Source: the human T2T-CHM13v2.0 reference genome, Homo sapiens. From it: 64,000 nucleotides of DNA. Location of the stretch: the NCBI RefSeq assembly GCF_009914755.1, contig NC_060940.1. One strand, written 5' to 3'. The notes under the pieces were generated by a model that was not told the origin of the DNA, made no database searches, and saw nothing but the letters and a program-made list of their open reading frames with translations. The translations under genes were made by a program, and so were the position numbers. This document shows, piece by piece, positions 12,204 through 25,690 of this stretch (its first letter is position 1; the number at the start of each line of letters is the position of its first letter).

Positions 12204-12750
12204 TGTGGTGGATAATACCCAAAGATAGGCACCTGTTACTCCTTCCGTGCACCTCCACGTAGCTGCTTCCATCACGAGATGAAGTCTAATCCACTTCCAG
12301 ACCTCTTGAATCTGGGCTGCTCTTAACGACTGGCTTGATTAGTAGAATGCAACGGAATTGATCTTCCGGGATTTTGGAAGCAAATCATAGGAAGGTGGCA
12401 GCTTCCTATGTCTTCCTTAGTCTTGTTTGGGGGAAAACTGGGTCATGTAAGAAGTCTGATAACCATGAGACCATCATGCTATGAAGAAATACAGTCTAGC
12501 CTCATGGAAAGCCTGCCTGGGAGAGAAGATTCCTGATCACCCTGTAGCTGTTCCAGCCATCCCAGTGGAGGTACCTGACAAGTGAGTCTCGAGCTCCAGC
12601 CACCATCTAATGGCAACGGTATAAGAGACCTCAGGTGCAAACTACCTAGCTAAGCCCAGCCAACTCTTGTTACTATGACTAATAACACTAAATGATTGTG
12701 TAAGCCAATACATTGGGAGTGGGAGGTTGTGCTGCAATATGTAACTAAAC
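12204..12750 (+). mobile_element. MLT1G/H-type MaLR LTR
   Basis: cttgaatctgggctg...agaatgcaacggaa...ccagccatcccag...taagccaatacattgg...gcaatatgtaactaaaca. Confidence 0.75.
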
Positions 12751-13149
12751 ACCTGACTTCAAATGGGGATATTTAGCATTTTGTCTTCTCCATTCTGCAT
12801 TTTAATAACCTCCAAAAGTATCTTCTTGGCATGTTTCTTGTTGTTGTTTATCATATTAGCACCCTGATAAATTATATGCCAAGAGTGTCTTTACTTCAGG
12901 CTACATTTCTTGTGTAGGTGTGTGCTTTCTGCTGGGCTGTCAACTCAATGATGCTACAAGCCTCTAAATTCCTTTAAGACTGCAGCACACATTATTTTTT
13001 GGCATGCTTTGATTATATCCCCTTTGCTGTCTGTCCCTGAACTCTTTATAGTAAAAATTGATGTTGTGAAGGAAGCCCCAAAAAAAGATCCTGCAAATAA
13101 TATCAAAGCAGAATATGTATTTATCTCTCTTGTCATATTAGTCATTAAC

Positions 13150-13900
13150 AACACAATATGTTGGTCCCTTCTTAAGATCAATTTCCTCAAAATATACTAC
13201 TGTTTCTCCTGTGTGAGACTGAAATATTGACTTTAATTTGCATTTTTCCTGATTACCAGTGAGCTTGAACATTTTCTTTCCACGTGTTTATTGCTTTTCA
13301 GGTGACTGCTCATACATATTTTGTGCCTTATTGAGTTTTAGGATTTCTTTATACTGGCTGCCTGAATAAGCTATAAAGATACTCCTTGCCTGTGTCTTGT
13401 GTTTTGAATCTGTTTATGATTTATTTTATTGCATAGATGTAGCAGTATTTCATGTATGATTGTGCAGCTTTAAGAAAGTCTTCTTTACCCTGATATCCCA
13501 AGAATAATTACCTATATATTTTCTAGACATTTTAGATAAGCTTTACTCATTGGGATGTTTAGTATATTTGAGCTTGACTTTGGTATGTGATGTGAGCATG
13601 GGATATATTTTTCCTATGGATGTTCAATTTTCCCATTAGCATTTAGTAAAAAGCCATCATTTCTCAGTGATTTGTAATGCCTCCCTTTTTCACAAGCCAG
13701 GTTTCCAGGCACACCTGAGTGTGTGTCTGTGCTCAATATTCTCTCATCTTGTCTCTTTGACTGTGTCATATTAATACCATGCTCCATTAAAATGTAGGTA
13801 ACAGTTTAAACTTTTGTTTCTAGTTACCTCACAGTATGTTTCTTTTGCTATTATAAAGGAGAGTGGTTTTTAAAATTACATTTTGTAATTAATCATTGCT
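13150..13900 (-). mobile_element. Degenerate L1ME-type fragments
   Basis: tttaatttgcatttttcctgattaccagtgagcttgaaca and other antisense L1 ORF2 motifs. Confidence 0.6.
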
Positions 13901-14499
13901 TTTGAGTGTAGCGTGCAAAGGAAGTGAATGTATAACCAGAAGCATTGATGCTGCTACACTGCCTAATTTTTAACCCCAGCATTACCAGCTGGTAGTGACT
14001 TGTAATTCTGCTGATTTTTGCCTTCTGCAGTCTGCAGCTCAGTTAATAAAATCAATTATGTTTAGAGTTATACCGCTAAATGACTCTAAAATCCTTTTAA
14101 GTATATTATTTGCTAATTCTCTGTGTGTCAGGCATAGCAAACTTGAGGTAGCAGGCACTTCAGTTACATGAAAGGAAAATGTTATAATTAATCTTAACAC
14201 TTGAAAGAAAATGTTGCTAAATGATTTAAGGTATGGTTATAGTGTGATCTGTCCAGCAGAGGGACTAGCAGAAATAATACATTGAAATTGAAATAGAAAT
14301 ATATTTGTTCCCCCATATTGTGTCACTTAGGTTGCACTCTATTTTCGGCATATTTTGTATAGCATTTTTCTCATGCCATGGACATCTGCATACATTTTTG
14401 CCCAATACGCTTTGCTTTTATAGAAAAAATGTTTTCCATTTTAATCATCATTTCTGAAATCCTGGTGACTGTTTTTGTGATAATCACTAATACTGTTCA

Positions 14500-15200
14500 C
14501 AAAATATTCCTGGCTTTTTGCTTTCAAGGCACCAAAATGATTGCATTTCCTGAAGCTCGCAGTTTATTGAAGTCCTGTGACTTATGATGACCTGTAAGCA
14601 GAAGTGACCAGTGACTCTTTGGTCAGAGCATTTAATGGCTAGTTTGAGATCCTCCAGAGATCTTTTCCCCTTTGCGAATGTTTTCAATGATGGTTGTCCC
14701 GTCAGCCTGTATCCCTGGGTCACTATGAAGTGCAGAGCCACCTGCTGCCTGTGTTAGGGGAAAGTATAACTCTGTTGTTCTAAGCACTGAGACTTGGGGT
14801 TGTTTATTACCACACCTGGCCTATCCTAACTGTTATAAGTAATGATACCTAGAAAAAGGGCCTGCTGTAGTGAAAACGAATATATGTAACAGTGTAATAG
14901 TTGATTGTCAGACTGAAAGTAAACTGATATTGAAGGCTCTAAGAGTGGTTATTCATTTTATTCTGTGATGAAAATGTTTGGTCCAACTATGGCCTGAAAT
15001 AGCAGTAAAAGAGCATAGAGGCTGTATGGGACACATAGGGTTATAAGAGGCAACTGCCGTTTATCATTAATTAGTGAAAGACAAAACTCAGAAGGCTTTT
15101 GTTCAATGAAAGAAATCGGACTCATATTGCAATAGTATGACTTTTACCCATTGTTCCAACTTCTAAATGGATTAAAAAGCCAGCTTTTAATTTTTCTAGG
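14500..15200 (+). mobile_element. Old MLT1 LTR followed by the start of MaLR internal sequence
   Basis: LTR end ...ctaagcactgagacttggggttgtttattac...ctaactgttata (~14836), then agtaatgatacctagaaaaagggcctgctgtag, resembling the MLT-int start. Confidence 0.55.
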
Positions 15201-15267
15201 TTGTGAGTGTGTGTTTATTTGCACAATTAAGTGCATACTTGGACAAATTCTTTTCATAAGGCCATGC

Positions 15268-15565
15268 TTATTTATTTATTTATTTTAGAGACAGTCTTGC
15301 TTTGTCACTCAGGCTGGAGTGGAATGGCGCAATTAATCTCATTGCGACCATGTCCTCCTGGGCTCAAGGCATCCTCCCACCTCAGCCTGTTGGGTAGCTG
15401 GGACTACAGGCGAGCACCAAGTCCAGCTGATTTAAAAAAAAATAAATAAAGATAAGGTCTCACTATGTATGTTGCCCAGGATGGTCTTGAACTCCTGGCT
15501 CAAGTGATTCTTCTGTCTCAACCTCCCAGTGTTGAGATTACAGTCATGAGCCACCACGCCTGCCC
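15268..15565 (-). mobile_element. AluJ
   Basis: Diverged antisense dimer with (ttta)n tail; TSD-like aggccatgctt / aggtcatgttt. Confidence 0.92.
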
Positions 15566-16234
15566 AGGTCATGTTTTTTTGATGAATTATTTCTTTTAGA
15601 TCCAAAACTGATTTAGCGTATATATGGCACATCCCTTTAACAAATTTTCTCAGATTAAGTGGATTTCTAAAAAGCCTCAGTTTTTTGCATGCTTAATTTA
15701 TTGAGTTTCCTTACTCCTAAACAAGCTGTTCATTGTTGTTAATAATTCTGCTCATTTTTCTTCTATATTTGTGATTCCTTCTGGCAACATATTGATTTCG
15801 TTCAGTAGTTACCCAGAATTTTTCACACCGGAGACACTAATTTTCAGACATTTGCATCATCTTCATAACAAAATCCATATTTAAACATTTTGCTACATCC
15901 TAAGCTTAGGGCTACTCATATTGGATATTGCAATTTCCTATAGTCCCCTGGGTGAATGTATTTTTTCACCTTCTTTGCCCAAAAATTCATAGCAGGAAGA
16001 GTCAAGAACAATAGTGCATTTGATATGACACTCAATTTCTGTTTTTCTGTATTCTCTGTAGTAGTCGGGCCTTGACACTTAGGAGCTTGTGCCGCCTACT
16101 GTTCATGACCTATATAATTCCCACTCCTTCAGCATAGGCAGGACCTGTGATTTGATTCTAGCCAATGGAAAATGGCAAAGATAAAGGGACTTTTCACATG
16201 TAATTAAGGCCCCACATCAGTTGATTATGAGTTA

Positions 16235-16566
<332 letters not shown>

Positions 16567-16905
16567 AAAGGAAGATGACACTGGGTGGGCCAGACTTAAT
16601 CAGAGGAAAATCTTAAAAGCGATTCTCCTGGCAGCCTTCAAAATTTTGTGGTCATGCTGTGAAAGGGGCTATGTGACAAAGGACTGTGGCCAGCCTCTAG
16701 AGGGTAGCACAGCCCTGGCTGACAGCCAAAAAAGGAAGACCTCGGTCTTCTAAGCACAGGGAAGTGAATTCAGCCACCAAACAGGACACTCATCCCAGTC
16801 TGTGTCTGGATTACAATCTTCTGAGACCCTGTGCAGAGGACCCGCTAAGTTGTGCCCAGACTCCTGACCCATGGAAACTGTGAGATAATAAACTTCTGTT
16901 GTTTT

Positions 16906-17057
16906 ATTAAAAATTTAATTGTATTTTAAACCGACAAGTAATAATGTATATATTTATGAAATGTTATGACCATAAAGTCATAATAAGTATGTGAGGTGAT
17001 GGATATGTTAGTTCTACTTAATTTTTCCACAGTGTGCACATATATCATCACATCAGA
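16906..17057. mobile_element. Tiny 5'-inverted L1MA insertion
   Basis: Antisense L1MA terminus, then a sense 3'UTR piece (taagtatgtgaggtgatggatatgttag); TSD tgttgtttt at 16897-16905 and 17062-17070. Confidence 0.7.
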
Positions 17058-17112
17058 TGTGTGTTGTTTTAAGCCAATAAATTTGTGATATTTTGCTAAG
17101 CAATATAAAAAA

Positions 17113-18478
17113 ATTTATTATTTTTAATGTTAAACCTCTTTATTGATCTTAACATAGAATAAAATTTTCCTCTTTAAAGTATTCAATTTAATGACTATTA
17201 GTATATTCACAGAGTTAGGGAATTATTATCACCAAAATCTAAGTTTAGAATGTGTTAATCACCCCTAGGTAACCATTTTGCCATTAACAGTCATTTCCCC
17301 ATCCCACCCCCAGCCTGGGCACACAATAATCTGCTTTCTGACTCTATAGATCTATTTTGAATGTCTCATGTAAATACAATTTTCTAATATGTAGGCTATT
17401 GTGACTGGCTTCCTTCACTTAGTATGGCGTTTTAAAGGTTCATTCATGTTGTAACATGTATCACTATTTCATACCATTTTATAACCAAATATATTCTTTG
17501 CATGGATCTGTGACCTTTTATTTACACACTCATCAGTTTACAGATATTTGGATTGTTGCAGCTTTTTCAGTATTGTAAGTAATGCTTACATGAACATTTG
17601 CATGTACGTTTTTGCGAGGCCATATGTTTTATTTCCCTTGAATGTATACCTAGGAGTTGAATTGCTGAGTCATGTGATATTCCTGTGTTTAGCATTGAGG
17701 AACTTTCAAGTTATTTTTCAAAGAGGCTGCACCGTTTTATATTCCTACCAAAAATGAATGAGAGTTTTCATTTCTCCATGACCTGTCCAACATTGTTTTT
17801 GTCTTTCTTTTTTATTATAGTCATACCTGTGAGTATGAAGTCATATTTTGGTTTTGATTTGCAGTTCTCTAATGTCTGATGATGTTGAGTGTTGAGAATT
17901 TTAATATGCTTATTGAGGATTTGTGTATTCTTTTGGAGAAACGTCCATTTAGGTACATCATTTATTGCTTTTAAAATTGAGTTGTCTTTTTATTATTCAT
18001 TTATAAGTGTGATTTATATTCATACATTTTCGCATGTGTGTACTAAAAATATTTGCAATTCATATATCTGATAAGGGACTTAAATATATACAGGTACATA
18101 CGTGTGTGTATTTGTGCATATTTGTGTGTATATACACACTTTTTTATCAGAAATACAATTTGCAAATACTTTTTCCTATTCTATGGACTATATGTTCACT
18201 TTTTTGATGGTATCATTTGTAGCACATGTTTTTAATTTTGATGTGGTCATTTATCTATCTCTTCTTTTGTCACTTGTGGTTTTTGTGTCATATCTGAGGA
18301 ACTGTACCGTAACCCAAGGTCACAAAGATTTACTCCTATATTTTCTTCTGAGTTTTTAACACTTATAACTCGTGTGCTTGTTTCATAATTTATCTTGAGT
18401 TAATTTTGTTTAAGGTATGAGTTAAGGGCCCAACTTCATTACTTTGTATGTGGATAGACAGATGTCTCTGCACCATGT
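17113..18478 (-). mobile_element. L1MB-type 3' portion
   Basis: Antisense L1 3'UTR and ORF2 end (gtgactggcttccttcacttag, ttttgatttgcagttctctaatg, gggcccaacttcatt). Confidence 0.85.
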
Positions 18479-18479
18479 C

Positions 18480-19835
18480 CAGTGCTGTGTAGACATTACC
18501 CTGAGTCAGCATAAGCCACATTTTGGTCAAATGTTGTGCTTAAGCCCTCTTAGCTCACTAGAGTTTGGCCTTTACCATTTGATGAGATCATGGCTTGGAG
18601 GCTGTGATTACGGTTTAAAAAGTTTAGGTTCCTGCCCCCATCTTCAGCCAGGGACTCATAGCTTGGCATTCCCCCTGCAATCCCTCCTACAGGGATATAG
18701 CTTTGGGCATGCACACAGTATTTCAGACTGCCAGAGATTGTTGTGATTTTATTTTAAAGCCCAGCTTCCTTAGAGTTTCATCTGAGTCAGAGTTGCTAAT
18801 TGTTTGCCCAGTGTTTGGGTCAGAACTTGTGCTTAATCTCCTAGTGACAGTGAGACTTCTGCCCTTTGTGGCTGGATCTGCACGTGACTTGTTGAATGAT
18901 TTTAAGTCTGTGTCACCCTGTGTTATGATTACTCCTAAGTGGGTGCATCCTAGCACTGTATACAGCTTTCCCGATCCCATCACCCCAGGGATGATTGAGG
19001 ACCCAGGATGGCTCTGCTCTTACTGGCTTTCTCTTTCCTTGGTTCTCTCTGCTAAACATCCAGGTGCTCTGCCCTTTTATTTGTTATTACAATTATCATG
19101 GAGCTATGCACTCCCCCTTAATCATTCTCCACCAGAATCTGTGTTGTTTTGACAGTGTCCTTAGGCATGGACTTTTCCATATTCTTCTGCGAAGTCCATC
19201 CTATCAGGAAAGAGCTCCTCATGGATTACAGAATGAATGGATGTGTGAATGCTGCTTCCAGTGTGACACCTTGCTCTGAAAGCAGGTGCTGGGAGGTTGG
19301 CAGCATCTAGGCTTCCTGGCTTTCTTCTCTAGCACACAACTTCTGTCTCTCTCAAGAGCCAGCCAGGGCTAGGACAATTAGTGCCAAGCATTCTTGGTCT
19401 CCTGTGCTTGGAGTAGAGCTCCTATTCTGTGCAGGAGAAGGGGGGCTGCCCTGTCAACCAAGCCTTCACGAGTAGAGCTTGGGCAACAGAGACCTGAAGG
19501 AAATGACAAGTGTTAATTACGTACCTCTTTAGGGTTGACCTGCAGTCTTAGCTTGTGAGCTGAGGAAAGAAGAGACTGTATTTCCAGCTACAGGACACAG
19601 AGTAAAACTTCCATCACACTGAGCTTAGGGATAGGGGAGGGAGTAGGTTGTGGCTCAAATGCCATAGGTTTTCACTGTTGTTACCACTGCTTAGTAGATT
19701 TTTCTTGAATAGATCTTTCTCCATTATCTGTATAACTTTAGGACAATTTCCAGATACCTTAGGGGGTTTTTAATAATTTCCTCCAGTTAAATGATTGTTT
19801 TGTTGGAGAGTCTGGTGGGCCCTACCATTCTGAAA
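18480..19835 (-). mobile_element. Old L1M (MC/MD) 5' region, tentative
   Basis: ggttgtggctcaaatgccat...tagtagatttttcttgaata...ttaggacaatttccaga resembles an antisense L1M 5' end. Confidence 0.5.
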
Positions 19836-20289
19836 GCAAATTTCTTTTATTATGTTTTGTGTTCATAATAATTTCACCTTTATGCTGCAAACTTCCTATT
19901 ATTAATCTGTGATTCAGTTTCCAGTAAAACATATAAATCTTTTTACACATTAAAAATATAAAGGCATATATTAAAAAAAGGGTGATTTTTAAATACTGTC
20001 ATATTAAAGAGGAATTTGTCATGCTCAGAAATAGATATAAATATTGTAACAAGTTGTAAAGAAACTTATTAAATAAAATATGACGGGAAGGTACCCTGGA
20101 GTTTTGGAAACAGGTATTTTCTGGGTGTGTAATGATTTTGTATAATGAAAAATAAATACAGATTAAGTAATCAATTACTTAGAGTGTGCCAACAATGGAT
20201 AGAAATTATAATTTAATTCTTAGTAAGTGGAAAGAAAACATTATAACCAGTCATGTTGAAATTAAAATGTGAGAAATTGGTATGGACTC

Positions 20290-21510
20290 GTGCCTTTTAA
20301 TATATGGATGATAGATCAATATATTCACTACTTATATTTATATTCGTGTTCATAGTTCTTGGATTCTACTGATAAGAGCTAGAAGCATCGACATCCTGGG
20401 ATGAGCATACCTAGTGCCGGGACCTTGGTTTCTATAAACCATGACCCATTAAAGGAATCGGAGATTCTTGGAGAAATGGCTGATTTCCATGTTGGGGTAG
20501 GAAAAGTGGAAGCTAAGCCTGGAACGTCTTGTGCCCAAAACTACAGTAGTACTTAAAATATTATGAGAGCATGTCAGATGTCAGCTTGAACGGGCTCCCT
20601 CTGGCAAAATCTGTGACAATCTGAGCATCAGAATAATAAGAGTAACAGAATATTTATGGAATAAAATACGCAAATATGAACCTGTACTGATATAAATACA
20701 TTAATGGTGGAAAAGAGATAGCTGTTATGTGTGGCAGAGGACCAACTAGTAAGTGCAGAACTAATGATTCCTTATAAAATCACCTTCCTGCAACCATCAT
20801 ATAATGATTGATTCAGGCAAGGATCATTAATAGCTGTTATCATAGGGGGTAAAATTTTAATGAGGAACAAAATATTTACATAACTTCAAAGTGTCTCCTT
20901 CAAATACTTATTAATCACACACAAAAAAATAGTGACTTCATAGGGAAGCAACCTGGTATACAATAACTAATGAATAGATCAACTTCACATCATTAGTAAA
21001 GAAACAAACTGACATTTTGTGTCTCCTAAAATAATGCTGTCCAGTGAGCACAGCATCACGTATACAGTTTTCCTAGTAAAAATGCATAACCTGCATCTAG
21101 CCATGAGGAAACACAAGGCAAATACAAGTTGAAGGAAATTTTACAAAATAATTGGCTTGTGCTCTTCAAAAGTCTTGAGGTCATGGAAAACAAAAAACGG
21201 TCTGAAAATTGTTTTCTGTTAAAGGAGAATAAAGATACATGACAATTAAATGTGATTCTGGTTTGGACTGTGACTAAAAAAGTTATTATGATAGACATTG
21301 TTAAGACAATGGGTAAAGTTTGAGTATAGACTATAGAATAGCTAATACTATTGTATTGTTGTTATGTATTCTAATTTTGATAATTATACTGCAATTACAT
21401 AAGAGAAAATACAAATTCTTAGAAAATAGTTACTGAATTTATTGTGGAAAAAGGGATGTGATGTCTATGACTTATATTCAAATCATTCAGAAGTACATAG
21501 TTGTATATTA
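20290..21510 (+). mobile_element. L1MC3-5-type 3'UTR
   Basis: atgagcatacctagtgcc...cttggtttcta...cttggagaaatggctgattt...ggcttgtgctcttcaaaagt...gatacatgacaattaaatg. Confidence 0.75.
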
Positions 21511-23044
21511 TGTAAAGAAAAAAATATATATACACATATATATGCATACACACACGATTAACAAAAGTCATTTAAAAAGCATACAGCATTTGACCCAGAA
21601 ATGCCACTACATATTATAAAATGTATTTGTTCTAAAAAAATGACAATGGAGAAAAATCTATTTGCCTAACTATTGAACTGCAGGTTAATTTTAATCATTT
21701 AAGTAGTAACGATTTTAATTTCCCATAATAAAAGATTGATTAAGAAAACTAAATCAGGTTTATATAATATTGGATATCCACAAAATATGTTTATAAAATA
21801 TATATGGTAATTGCAGAAATGCTTATGCTAACATACCCATATCAAAAGTGTTAATGATAGTGGTATAAAATTAACATGTGAAGGTGGAGTGGCAAGAAAC
21901 GTGAAAATAAGTTGTAATGGAATTCTGAACAACTTTCTTTACTTCTTTTTATTCCTATGTAAATGTTCTCTAATAAAATATGAATACAAAAAATGTGGAG
22001 AGATCAGTCTTACAGCCCAGCAAAATTACATTGCAAATATTCTGAGCTTGTAGCCTTTGAATTCAAGTGAATTCATTTTTATGGGCAGTAAATGAAATGG
22101 AAACAATGATGGTTGTAGTGTTCAACCAATTTGGATAGAGGCTGGATTACCAGAAAGAAAATTTCAATTAAATCCTTGGTTTATTTACCACATTGTCACA
22201 CAGTCCTCAGCAAGCCCACAGTAAGTCATAAAAAAAAATTCCAATTTCTTTTCTTTCTTTCTTTCTTTTTTTTTTTTTTTGAGTGGGGCAGGTAGAAAAG
22301 AAAGTACTTCCCAAGTTCTAGAGGCTATGTTTCATGTAATCAAGCTCGGCTGGATACATTCAGGATACGTACACTATGCAGTGGAGGATGAAACAAAGGT
22401 TTTGTCAAAGGATTTTCTAAAAGCTCAAACAACAACAGCAAAACACAAAACAAGCCTTGTCTGAAGAGTACAGATATTATAGTCATGAGCACAAAAAGTA
22501 AAAGGAAGATAAATAAAGGGAAAAATCCTGTTTCTGAATTTGTTATGACATAAAAATATCAAAGATGAGACAGTTATTCTAAGAAATTGTGAAAGATGAT
22601 GATAACAATTTTGTAATCAGAGGTGTTAATATTTGATAAAACATTAGGCTTAAGTTTATGTCAGCTTTATTCTGATTAGTTTATTTTCAGGTCTAAATGG
22701 ATAAGGAATTAAATTAGTATCCTAAACACAGATTTCAAAGATACCAGGAAAGCAACTGAAGCTGGTATAAAACAAAACTTTTTTTCTTAAGTCTGGGTTC
22801 ATTTTTATGCCACCCTTAAGAATATACCCATGAAGAATTTCACTGAGTAGTTAGAGGAGAGGGAAAGTCATGGGTTTCAACCGTTAAAAAAGGCATTTCA
22901 TGATGGGCATTCGGATTCAGGACTGAAAGCTAGCTCTCAGGATAGGAAGGATGCAGCCATAGTTCTGTGTTTGATTAGTTATAAGAAATGACATTTTTTC
23001 TTGGTGAGAAAAGAGTCTTCATTTAGGTTCAATGGCAGTCTAGC

Positions 23045-23856
23045 GCACGGTGGGGGAGGGGGAGTGTATAGTAGGAGAAGACAAGCCTTTTTCACCTGCT
23101 GTGTTCTCAACACACAACACAGGACACTTCTGTGACTGGATGTATGTGTGTACGTTTCTTCCGCACTAACCAGTTCCCCCACACTAGCTCGGTGTCCTAT
23201 AATTCAATTCAGTTGTGACACTGCTTACCTGGAGTTTGTGCCAGATCCCATAGGCTAAGGTTTTAGTCCCACAAGACTTTACTTCAGATGCCAGTTGCAA
23301 GTCCAGGCTTCCAGTACATCTGACCTACCAGCTATAAATTGGAGGTTCTTGTAACCCCCTTGGGTTCAGTCATTTGCTAGAATGACTGAACTCGGGGAAA
23401 CATTTTATTTACTATTGCCAATTTATTACAAACGATATTTGAAAATATATAAATGAACATCCAGATGAAGAGATGTTTATAAGGGGAGGTTCAGAAGGAT
23501 CCTGAGAGCAGGAGCTTCTGTGCTCGTGAAGTTGGGGTGGGCCACCCTCCTGGCAGTGGTCATGTTCAGCAGCCTAGAAGCTCTACCAACCCCATCCTTT
23601 GGATTTTTATGGAGGCTTCATTGCATAGACATGATAAATTACATCACTAACCATTGATGATCAGTTCAACCTTCAGTGAAAGTTACAGCCCTCTAGTCAC
23701 ATTCCCCTGGCAGCCAACTGTCATCCAAAGGCTATCTAGCAGGCTCAGTCATCTCACTTCCAGATAAAAAGACACTAATCGCTGCAGAGATTCCAAGGGG
23801 CCTTTGTGCCAGGAAATGGGGGCAGAGACTAAATTTATATTCTTACTGTTTTACAG
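23045..23856. mobile_element. MER21-type LTR
   Basis: ggtgtcctataattcaattcagttgtgacact...cagatcccatagg...cacttcagatgcca-like...tttgctagaatgact...ccagatgaagagat. Confidence 0.75.
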
Positions 23857-24345
23857 GAAGTCACTCAAAGCCTGATTCTTTAACAAAGCTAGTTGGTTAG
23901 AATAATGTTAATGATAGTGCTTTCATTTAATATATCCTGGGCAAATGCTGTTGTAAGGGAATACTTTCGTTTTATATAATTATAATTTAAAGGAAGATTT
24001 CTAGCAGATTGATCTTGCAGAAGTAATATCATGTAATATTGTCAAATGTGTTTATTTCCAACAAAATTTAGTAGGAGAATGTGTATTTCAAAAGCAGTTC
24101 AATCCAAGAGTTACATAAACAACAGCTAAAGAAAGTAATCTTAAGGGGTTGGTAATAGCTTATGCTACATATAAATCAGCCATCACAAATTGATGTATTT
24201 ACAAATTATGTATATGTGTGTATATATACACCCATACACATCATATGCATATACACATATATGTGTAAATATACAGAACATAATATTACATATATATAAT
24301 AAAGATATTTGCAAAGCATAAAGGTCATAGCATGAACCTAGGAAT

Positions 24346-24870
24346 ATAACAGTCCAATGAGTTCATCTTTTCAGAAAGCTACTGCCCAGAAAAGGCCAAT
24401 GTACTGAGAATAGCAGGTATTGCAGCAAAGAAAGAGTTTAATTATCACAGGGCCAGTCAAGGGGAAGGACAGCAGACATTTCTCAAGTCTGCCTTCCTGA
24501 AAGCTCTTGGAGTGGTAGGGTTATTAAGGATAATTTGGTGGGCAGGGGGCTAGGGAATGGGTGCTGCTACTTAGTTGGGGATGAAATTATACGACTGCCT
24601 AATCTGTCTTTGTGCACTGAGTCAGCTTCTGGGTGAGAGTCACAGAACTGGTTGAGCCAGTTCCTTGGTGTGAGTTAGGAATCTGAGTGAGTCAGTTGGT
24701 CACCAGAATGCAAAAGTCTGAAAAATATCTCAAAGACAAGTCTTAGATGTTGACAATAGTGATGTTGTCTATAGGAGCAGTTGAGGAAGTTGCAAATCCT
24801 GTGACTCCCCAGCTACATGATTCTTGAGCAATAAGCAATTATAGAAAGGCAAGCTAGAGGACAATGGCTT
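24346..24870 (-). mobile_element. LTR8-family (LTR8A/B-like) ERV1 LTR
   Basis: tataacagtccaatgagttcatc...ggtattgcagcaaagaaagagtttaatt...taaggataatttggtgggcagggggctagggaatggg. Confidence 0.7.
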
Positions 24871-25247
24871 GAGCCTGTTTGCCCACAGCTCTGGCAACCA
24901 AGTGAATGGGTAGTACTAAGAATTGCCTCCTTGGGAATTCCATGTAGTTCATGGCTTTTATGATTGAAATAGCATTCATACAGGTCTGACCTTGTGGAAA
25001 GAAACAGATGTTCATGGACTTGGTTATGCCTGACCTTGCACCACTCATGATGATGTGCAATTTCCTGATTTTCACTGTAAGCTATACATTCCAAAACAAA
25101 TTCTCTGGATTTTATGACTTTAAAGTCAGGTTTAAACCTACAATTTTATTTTTATGTGATAGTTTATTTTTTCGGGACTGTCATTAAGTCAGTGAAGTGA
25201 CATACCATTGATAAGATCTTAGCAATATGAAAAACTAGGCATTTTTT

Positions 25248-25690
25248 GTAAAAGTTATTAATATCAAAATGGAGTCACTTATGTGAAGCCCTAAAGAAAT
25301 GGAGCTGGGAGATCATGAAGAAGGAAACTTCATGCTCATATGCCTATAATTGGAGTTATAAGAGCTTTCTGCCTATATGCCTATGATGGGAATTATGCAA
25401 GGAACTCCTTAAAAATGTGGTATTCCAGTTAAGCCACTTGCACGAGGATGCTTGCCTATCAATGGCTGTCTCTGCCAATGAGCTAATGTCAACTCTTGCA
25501 AGAACGAATGGTCTTTGTTTCAAAGAAGCTTGCATGGATTTCTCCTTTTTGTCTTTAAATCTTCCCTGTATCCCAGCCACTTTAGATGTGCCTGTGGTTC
25601 ACCATAGCGTGTACATCCCAGATTGCAATTGTCTGCTATTCCTGAATAAACTCTCCCTTTGGAAATCTTGTCTCTCTGTTATTATTTTCA
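25248..25690 (+). mobile_element. ERV1 solo LTR (MER4 group, subfamily uncertain)
   Basis: TG start, aaaatggagtcacttatg, AATAAA at ~25645, CA end. Confidence 0.6.

Noticed and set aside
18444-19279. Overlapping 86-149 aa ORFs
   Set aside because: They lie in probable old L1 5' sequence and have no recognisable domain.
22245-22464. T-rich tract followed by a 61-aa ORF; possible retrocopy tail or exon
   Set aside because: No minus-strand polyadenylation signal near the tract, no TSD and no recognisable protein.
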